Assembly: GCA_963666835.2 (NCBI GenBank)
Contig: CAXXGO010000006.1
Coordinates: 1,344,001 to 1,408,000, forward strand
From: Phycisphaerae bacterium
GTDB taxonomy: Bacteria; Planctomycetota; Phycisphaerae; UBA1845
Length of the DNA stretch: 64,000 nucleotides
Direction: 5' to 3'
Below, one piece after another: positions 57,675 through 64,000 of this stretch; position 1 is the first letter of the stretch, and each line of letters opens with the position of its first letter. The notes under the pieces are model-generated. The model made no database searches, had not been told where the DNA came from, and saw nothing but the letters and a program-made list of their open reading frames with translations. A program made the translations under genes and the position numbers.

Positions 57675-59996
57675 TTGAAAACAGACAGAAACACAAAGCG
57701 TCGTTGGCTGCGGAACGTTCTGGGGTTTTGTTGTCTGGCGTTGGTGCCGGCGGCGATCGCCGAAGACGGAGTTCTCTCGATCAAGTCTGTGGAATTCAGC
57801 GGGTTAACCCGATCGAGCGAGGTCTATGTGCGCGACGTCGTTGAGGTGGAGGCGGGCGCGGCTTTCGACCCGGCGAAACTGGAGGAGGCGGTGGATCGCT
57901 TGCTACGCACCGGACGGTTTCTTTCCGCCCGGTATACCGTGGCGGAAGAACCGGACGGGATGCGAATCACGTTCGTCGTGGTCGAGCGGCAAGTGCTCAC
58001 GGCCATCCGTTTCGAGGGGAACACGAAGTTCAAGGACGCCCGGCTGAGCAAGGTCGTAACCGCGCAGGTCGGCGACCCGGTGGATCGATTCGCGGCGGTG
58101 ATGGGCGCCGAGGCGATTGCGGAGAAATACGAAACCGCCGGATACGGTGACGTATCGGTGACATACGATCGGGAGCTTCTCAATCAAACCGGTGAGCTGG
58201 TCTTCACTATTGTCGAAGGGGCTCGGGTTCGGATTCGCGAGATTCGCTTTGAGGGTAGCACGGCGTTTCCGGCGCGGGAGCTCAAGCGGCAGATCGAAAC
58301 GAAACAGGCGTTTCTGATCCTCTGGGTCGGGGCGTTCGACGAGGATCGGGTGGAGGCGGATCTTGCCAGGCTGCAGAAGTACTATCGCGATCACGGGTTC
58401 CTCGATGCCGAGGTGGGCTATCGAGTAGAGAATCGCGGGTCCGACACGGATATTGCCTTGGTGTTTGAAATCGAGGAAGGGGCGCAGTACTCGATCGAGA
58501 CCATCGAGTTCCGCGGTTCCGCGGTGTTCAGTACGGAGGAACTTACCGATCTGGTAGAGTCGAAAGTCGGCGCGGCGGTCAAACGTCTGAAGGTCGACCG
58601 AGACGTTGAGCGCGTGCGCGATGCCTATTGGGAGCAGGGATACATATACGTCACAGTTCGGGCAATCCGGGTGTTTTCAGAGGAGCCCGGATTGGTGCGG
58701 CTGACGTTCGATATTCAGGAGGGAGAGCAGTATCGGGTCGGCAAGATCGTCGTTCGCGGGAACGCCCGAACGAAAGACAAGGTCGCTCGGCGCGCCTTGA
58801 ACCTCTACCCTCCGGACGATCTGTTCGACATGACCGAGGCCAAAGAAGCTGAACGGCGCCTGCGTGATACGGGGGCCTTCAGTGCCGGGCGCGTTACTCC
58901 GGTCGGCGATGCCCCGGGGGTGCGGGACGTTGTCATCGACGTTGAGGAAGCGGATAAATCGGGCGATTTCCTCTTCGGGTTCGGGGTCACCAGCAACAGC
59001 GGCTTGGTCGGGACGTTGACGCTGGATCTGCAGAACTTCGATTACAGGGATTGGCCGCGAAGCTGGGGCGAGTTCTTCAGGTTCCGATCGTTCTTCGGGG
59101 CGGGGCAACACATGCGGATCGAGCTCCAGCCGGGTGCCGATGTGAATCGGTTCCGAATCGATTTCACCGAACCGTATCTAATGGACAAGCCGATCCGCTT
59201 CGACTGGAGTGCCTATCTGTTTGAGCGCGGGCGAGACGGGTACAACGAGCGCCGGGCGGGGACCACGCTCAGCCTCGGCAAGCGGTTCGAGCATGGCCGT
59301 CTGCAAGGCTGGTCCGGAGAGATGGCCCTCCGTCTGGAGTCCGTCAACATTGACGATATCGACCTGTTTGCGTCGGGCCAGGTCCGGGACGACGAAGGTT
59401 CGAACCTGTTGACCTCAGCGAAGGTCACTCTGGTAAGGGACCGTACGGATAACCGGTTTCTGCCGTCGTCAGGCGATCGACTGCGACTGAGCTACGAGCA
59501 GTTCGGGGTTCTGGGCGGCGATCACAATTTCGGCAGAGTGTCAGCGCGCTATCAGTGGTATAAGACGATCAAGACGGATCTGCTCGACCGCAAGAGCGTA
59601 TTGCAGCTCCGGGCGGAAGGGGGCGCAATCGTCGGCGATGCACCCGTCTTCGAGCGTTTCTACGCCGGTGGAACCGGTTCGATCCGTGGTTTCGAGTTCC
59701 GCGGAGTCGGCCCCCGGGACGGGATCGATGACACCAACGTCGGCGGAGACTTCCTCGTTCTGATGGGGGCTGAGTATAGCTACCCGATCTATACCGAGGC
59801 GCTTCGCGGTCACATCTTCCTGGACACCGGCACGGCCGGTACGGGCGGATATCGTGCATCGATCGGTACCGGAATCCGCTTGATTATCAGGGCGCTTGGG
59901 CCAATGCCTCTGGAATTGAACTTGGCTGTTCCGGTCTCGTCTGACAGCGGTGATGAGGAGCAAGTGTTCAGTTTCGTGATGGGCGGTATGTTCTAG
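57675..59996 (+). CDS. bamA: Outer membrane protein assembly factor
   Basis: POTRA repeats; FYAGG..SIRGF motif; terminal Phe. Confidence 0.93.
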   Translation: MKTDRNTKRRWLRNVLGFCCLALVPAAIAEDGVLSIKSVEFSGLTRSSEVYVRDVVEVEAGAAFDPAKLEEAVDRLLRTGRFLSARYTVAEEPDGMRITFVVVERQVLTAIRFEGNTKFKDARLSKVVTAQVGDPVDRFAAVMGAEAIAEKYETAGYGDVSVTYDRELLNQTGELVFTIVEGARVRIREIRFEGSTAFPARELKRQIETKQAFLILWVGAFDEDRVEADLARLQKYYRDHGFLDAEVGYRVENRGSDTDIALVFEIEEGAQYSIETIEFRGSAVFSTEELTDLVESKVGAAVKRLKVDRDVERVRDAYWEQGYIYVTVRAIRVFSEEPGLVRLTFDIQEGEQYRVGKIVVRGNARTKDKVARRALNLYPPDDLFDMTEAKEAERRLRDTGAFSAGRVTPVGDAPGVRDVVIDVEEADKSGDFLFGFGVTSNSGLVGTLTLDLQNFDYRDWPRSWGEFFRFRSFFGAGQHMRIELQPGADVNRFRIDFTEPYLMDKPIRFDWSAYLFERGRDGYNERRAGTTLSLGKRFEHGRLQGWSGEMALRLESVNIDDIDLFASGQVRDDEGSNLLTSAKVTLVRDRTDNRFLPSSGDRLRLSYEQFGVLGGDHNFGRVSARYQWYKTIKTDLLDRKSVLQLRAEGGAIVGDAPVFERFYAGGTGSIRGFEFRGVGPRDGIDDTNVGGDFLVLMGAEYSYPIYTEALRGHIFLDTGTAGTGGYRASIGTGIRLIIRALGPMPLELNLAVPVSSDSGDEEQVFSFVMGGMF

Positions 59997-60256
59997 CGCC
60001 GTTCCCGAGAAGGTGGCTGCGGCTCCTCCTTCCTCCTCACTGAGGAGGGTCCGGGGTGGTTGTTTGCCGGTTCGAACAAACCCATCCATGCTCCGTGGCG
60101 CGCCGGTTCCTGTCCCGGGCGCGGGGTTCCGGCAGGGGTAGGTTCGCCGCGTACCCGGGGTGAGGGGTTTCCCGTTTGCGGTCCCGTGGGTACCGTGGTT
60201 CGCTGGGGGTTGTCCTGCGGGCGGTCGCGGCGACAATGCGGTTGATTTGATTCGTC

Positions 60257-60925
60257 ATGATCCGAGTTGACAAGGAAATCGAAATGATGCGGATGCTGGT
60301 TTTGTCGTGCATGGCGGCGGTTACGTTGATTGGGCAGCAGGTGGCCGTGGGGCAGCCGGTTGTTGCCGTGGTGAATGTGGCCGAGGTTTCAGAGCGATAT
60401 CAGAAGACGGGGGATCTGGAGGCGCAGTTCGACGAGATTAGGAAGCAGCTTAACGACAAGCGCGAGTCGCTGCGGCAGAGGATTGAACTTACAGTCCGGT
60501 CGCTACAGGAGGAGTTCAAGCCGGGAACCGATGACTATCGGCAGCGGCACAAGCAGCTCGCTCTCCTCGAGGCGGAGGAGAAGTACTTCGTGGAATCGGA
60601 GACGCGGGCGATCGAGCAGGGCATGGCCCAGTCTCTTCGCGCGATCTTTGATGACATCCAGGTGGCCGTGCAGCAGGTGGCGGAGGAGAAGGGTGTGGAT
60701 ATCGTTCTGGCTGCCGATCGGATGCCCGAAGGTGTGTCGGACTCTGCGGTGCAGGTTCGCCAACAGATCATGTTGCAGAAGGTGCTCTACTGGAGCCCCC
60801 AAGTGAGCTTGACTGACGCCGTGGTGACTCGCCTTAATGCTACATACGCGGCGAAGGGTGGCAAGGCGTCGCTTGACCCGGCTCCGGTGGCCGGCTCGGC
60901 GGGACAACCGCGCGAAACGAGATGA
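60257..60925 (+). CDS. skp: OmpH/Skp periplasmic chaperone
   Basis: VAVVNV, coiled coil, VAEEKGVDIVL; lies between bamA and lpxD. Confidence 0.88.
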   Translation: MIRVDKEIEMMRMLVLSCMAAVTLIGQQVAVGQPVVAVVNVAEVSERYQKTGDLEAQFDEIRKQLNDKRESLRQRIELTVRSLQEEFKPGTDDYRQRHKQLALLEAEEKYFVESETRAIEQGMAQSLRAIFDDIQVAVQQVAEEKGVDIVLAADRMPEGVSDSAVQVRQQIMLQKVLYWSPQVSLTDAVVTRLNATYAAKGGKASLDPAPVAGSAGQPRETR

Positions 60926-61971
60926 TTCGTAGGTACACAGTCCGGCAGTTGGCAAAGAGAGTTGGAGGCTCGGTCCGCGGGGACGACGGCGGGGTTATTG
61001 ATGGGGTGGCTTCGCTCGGCGATGCCGGCTCGAATGAGGCATCCTGGGTATCCAACCCAAAGTATGCCGCGAAGGCGGCGGACAGCCGGGCCGGGGTGGT
61101 GCTGGTGCCGGGTGGTTTCGGTCCGACGCCCATGCCGGCCATTCTCTGTGACCGCGTCGATCGGGCGGTTGGCCGGCTCTTGGAGTTGTTCGCGCCTGCG
61201 CCGGCTCGCCCGGAGCCGGGCGTTCACCCGGCCGCGATCGTATCGGAGTCGGCAAACGTTGGTACCGATACCGCGCTGGGCCCGTTCGTTGTGATTGAGG
61301 GTGAAGCCCGGGTCGGAGCCCGTTGCATCGTCCACGCGGGAGTTTTTATCGGTCGCGGCGCGGTGGTGGGGGACGATTGCGAACTCTGGCCGAATGTCGT
61401 TATCCGCGACGGATGTCGATTAGGAAGTCGGGTGACCATTCACCCCAACGCGGTCGTAGGCGCCGACGGGTTTGGTTTCTACTTCGATGAGGGGCGGCAT
61501 CATAAGGTCCCGCACATCGGCGGCGTGATAGTCGAGGACGACGTGGAGATCGGGGCCTGCACGTGTATCGATCGGGCCAAGTTCGGCGATACCGTGGTGG
61601 GCCGCGGTACCAAGATTGATAACCTTTGCCAGCTTGCCCATAATGTCACGGTTGGCGAGCACTGTGTGCTCGCGGCGTTTTGCGGGATCTCGGGTAGTGT
61701 TCGGATTGGGCGTTACTCGGTGTTTGGCGGACGTGCCGGCGCGGTGGACAATGTGGTAATCGGCGAGCGGACCAGATGCGCAGGCGGATACACGGTTGTG
61801 CAGAAGGATACGCCGGACGGGGTTACGTTGTCGGGTTGCCCGGCTCAAGATCACAGGCTGGAGCTGCGAGAGCGCGCCGCCTTGCGGCGATTGCCGGCCC
61901 TTACCGAGCAACTGAAGAGTCTGGCCACTCGGGTAGAGCGGCTTGAAGCATCAGAAGACCATAGCGACTGA
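60922..61971 (+). CDS. lpxD: UDP-3-O-acyl-glucosamine N-acyltransferase
   Basis: GADGFGF, DDVEIGA..CIDR, TKIDNL.QLAHN. Confidence 0.96.
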   Translation: MIRRYTVRQLAKRVGGSVRGDDGGVIDGVASLGDAGSNEASWVSNPKYAAKAADSRAGVVLVPGGFGPTPMPAILCDRVDRAVGRLLELFAPAPARPEPGVHPAAIVSESANVGTDTALGPFVVIEGEARVGARCIVHAGVFIGRGAVVGDDCELWPNVVIRDGCRLGSRVTIHPNAVVGADGFGFYFDEGRHHKVPHIGGVIVEDDVEIGACTCIDRAKFGDTVVGRGTKIDNLCQLAHNVTVGEHCVLAAFCGISGSVRIGRYSVFGGRAGAVDNVVIGERTRCAGGYTVVQKDTPDGVTLSGCPAQDHRLELRERAALRRLPALTEQLKSLATRVERLEASEDHSD

Positions 61972-63262
61972 GGTGGAGCTAGAGGGACGCGGCCTGTTCA
62001 CCGGCGAGTCCGTGGCAGTGCGTCTGCGCCCCGGTGATCCGCACACGGGGATCTGGTTCGTTCGCACTGATCAGTCGCCGCCGATTCGCATTGCCGCGCG
62101 CTTGGAGAACGTGTCGAAGAGGTCCCGGCGAACGGCCTTGCGCAACGGTACGGTGGCTATAGAGACTGTCGAGCATTGTCTCGGGGCTTGTGCCGGGCTG
62201 GGCATCGACAATCTGCAGATAGAGCTTGACGCGAACGAGGTACCCGGTCTGGATGGCAGTTGCCTGCCTTTCGTGGAGAAGCTCACGGCCGCCCAGATCT
62301 GTGAGCAGGAAGCGGTCAGTGAGCCGTACGTGGTCACTGATATGGTGCGGGTGGCGGATGGGGACTCGGAACTCGTGGCCTTGCCTTCGCTTACCCCGGA
62401 ATCGGAGGTTATGGAGATCAGCTACGAGCTCGACTACGGTCCCGGCAATCCGATCGGGCATCAGAGTCTGCGCGTGGTGGTTACGCCGGAGAACTTCGTG
62501 GCCGAGGTGGCTCCGGCGCGGACCTTCTTGCTCGAGCGTGAAGCGGAGGAAATGCGGGCGGCCGGGTTCGGTCGGCACGTTACTTATCGCGATCTTCTGG
62601 TTTTCGGTAAGGACGGCGTTATCGAGAACCAATTGCGGTTTCCGGATGAGTGTGTCCGGCATAAGGTCCTGGACTTGATCGGGGATCTGAAGCTGTTGGG
62701 GCGTCCCATCGTGGGGCGGATCTTCGCCCGCAAGAGCGGGCACGCTCTCAATCAGGCATTGGTTCGGGAGATGCTCGGGCGATTCGAGGCCCATCGGCGC
62801 GAGACGATGCTCGGGCAACGTCCGAGCACGGACGTACATCGGGTCCAGCGGATACTGCCTCATCGTTACCCGTTCCTGATGGTTGATCGGATCGTCGAGA
62901 TTGAGGGTACCAGGCGGGTTGTCGGTTTGAAGAACGTGACGATTAACGAGCCGTTCTTCCAAGGACACTACCCGGGCGATCCGATTATGCCGGGCGTTCT
63001 GGTTATTGAGGCGTTGGCCCAGGTCGGCGGGGTGTTGCTCAGCCAGGAGCTGGAGCACAAGGGCAAGGTGGCCGTACTGTTAAGTCTTGACAAAGTTAAA
63101 TTCCGCAGGGCGGTCAGGCCTGGTGATCAACTTATACTCGAGGCAGAGGCTCTTCGAGTGCGGTCGACGACCGGGCACGTGAAGGGTCGGGCGCACGTAG
63201 CGGGCGAGCTGGTTGCCGAAGCCGAGATCAAGTTCATTCTGACGGACGCGGAATCCGTCTGA
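61943..63262 (+). CDS. lpxC-fabZ: Bifunctional LpxC deacetylase / FabZ dehydratase fusion
   Basis: TVEH, ARTF, HKVLDLIGDL; then LPHRYPFLMVDR, FFQGHYPGDPIMPGVL. Confidence 0.95.
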   Translation: MKHQKTIATEVELEGRGLFTGESVAVRLRPGDPHTGIWFVRTDQSPPIRIAARLENVSKRSRRTALRNGTVAIETVEHCLGACAGLGIDNLQIELDANEVPGLDGSCLPFVEKLTAAQICEQEAVSEPYVVTDMVRVADGDSELVALPSLTPESEVMEISYELDYGPGNPIGHQSLRVVVTPENFVAEVAPARTFLLEREAEEMRAAGFGRHVTYRDLLVFGKDGVIENQLRFPDECVRHKVLDLIGDLKLLGRPIVGRIFARKSGHALNQALVREMLGRFEAHRRETMLGQRPSTDVHRVQRILPHRYPFLMVDRIVEIEGTRRVVGLKNVTINEPFFQGHYPGDPIMPGVLVIEALAQVGGVLLSQELEHKGKVAVLLSLDKVKFRRAVRPGDQLILEAEALRVRSTTGHVKGRAHVAGELVAEAEIKFILTDAESV

Positions 63263-63286
63263 CTGAGTGTGGAGTAACGATAGCCG

Positions 63287-64000
63287 GTGAGTATTCATCC
63301 GACAGCCATTGTAGACGAGAAGGCCCGAATCGGTCGTGATGTCGAGATCGGGGCTTGCAGTTTCGTAGGGCCGCACGTGGTCCTCGGGGACGGCTGCCGG
63401 TTGCACCATCATGCCGCGGTTGAGGGGCATACGTGTTTGGGGGAAGGATGCGAGGTCTTCCCGCAGGCGGTGTTGGGTACGCCGCCGCAGGATGTGAAGT
63501 ATGCCGGCGAGCGGACCACGCTGGAGATCGGCCGGCGCAACGTCTTTCGCGAGATGGTGACGGTACATCCGGGAACCGGCAACGGCGGCGGGGTAACGCG
63601 GATCGGTGACAACAACTTGTTCCTGGTCGGCGTGCATGTGGCTCACGATTGTCTTATCGCCGACAACTGCATCTTTGCCAACTACGTGCAGTTTGCCGGG
63701 CACGTTCACGTTGAGGCGAACGTCAATATGGGCGGGCACAGTGCGGTGCATCACTTCGCCACGATCGGCAAGCACGCATTCATCGGCGGTATGACCCGGG
63801 TCACGGCCGATGTGCCGCCGTTTATGATTGTGGTGGCCGCCCGTGGCACCCGTTCGGAAATCCGCATGATCAATGGCGTGGGCTTGCAGCGTAGCGGGTA
63901 CAGCAACGAGGACATCAACGCGCTCAAGGCGGCGTTCATGAGTCTGTTCTCGCGCCGCGCTCGAACCAACGGCACGGCCATTCGTGACCGGGTCGAGGCG
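63287..64000 (+). CDS. lpxA: UDP-GlcNAc O-acyltransferase, 3' end beyond window
   Basis: Read manually from GTG 63287: MSIHPTAIVD..., PQDVKY, HVAHDC, LAGH-like FAGHV, VTADVPPF. Confidence 0.95.
   Translation, partial: MSIHPTAIVDEKARIGRDVEIGACSFVGPHVVLGDGCRLHHHAAVEGHTCLGEGCEVFPQAVLGTPPQDVKYAGERTTLEIGRRNVFREMVTVHPGTGNGGGVTRIGDNNLFLVGVHVAHDCLIADNCIFANYVQFAGHVHVEANVNMGGHSAVHHFATIGKHAFIGGMTRVTADVPPFMIVVAARGTRSEIRMINGVGLQRSGYSNEDINALKAAFMSLFSRRARTNGTAIRDRVEA

Noticed and set aside
51185..63058. Long minus-strand ORFs (51185..52435, 53599..55017, 61979..63058)
   Set aside because: Antisense to unambiguous housekeeping genes.
61943..63262. LpxC-FabZ fusion as a novelty
   Set aside because: This fusion is already known in several bacterial phyla.

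Overview
GC-rich bacterial window. The gene content points to Planctomycetota, probably Phycisphaerae: a DUF1559-like prepilin, IPTL-CTERM and dockerin-like secreted proteins, and rpsF-ssb-rplI without rpsR. Family calls come from motif recognition only; no database search was run. The left ~42 kb is accessory DNA. It holds (i) secreted lamin-tail and DNRLRE proteins with swappable C-terminal anchors, directly downstream of a DtxR-feoA-feoB operon that has a clear promoter and palindromic operator; (ii) a coupled DUF4253 / RlaP nucleotidyltransferase / ADP-ribosylglycohydrolase / RlaP operon; (iii) tRNA-Asn followed by a decayed islet with a zeta-like ATPase pair, a nuclease-like gene, and recombinase and transposase fragments; (iv) a tiny SEC-C gene whose UGA is followed by a SECIS-like hairpin (candidate selenoprotein), then NifX-like and flavin disulfide reductase genes; (v) more large secreted proteins and REP-like repeats; and (vi) a toxin-antitoxin-SecB chaperone (TAC) operon whose toxin has an in-frame stop. 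The right ~22 kb is core genome: ribD, lspA, dksA-like, tRNA-Gln, short glmU, prs, rplY, pth, rpsF, ssb, rplI, dnaB, bamA, skp, lpxD, lpxC-fabZ fusion and lpxA.
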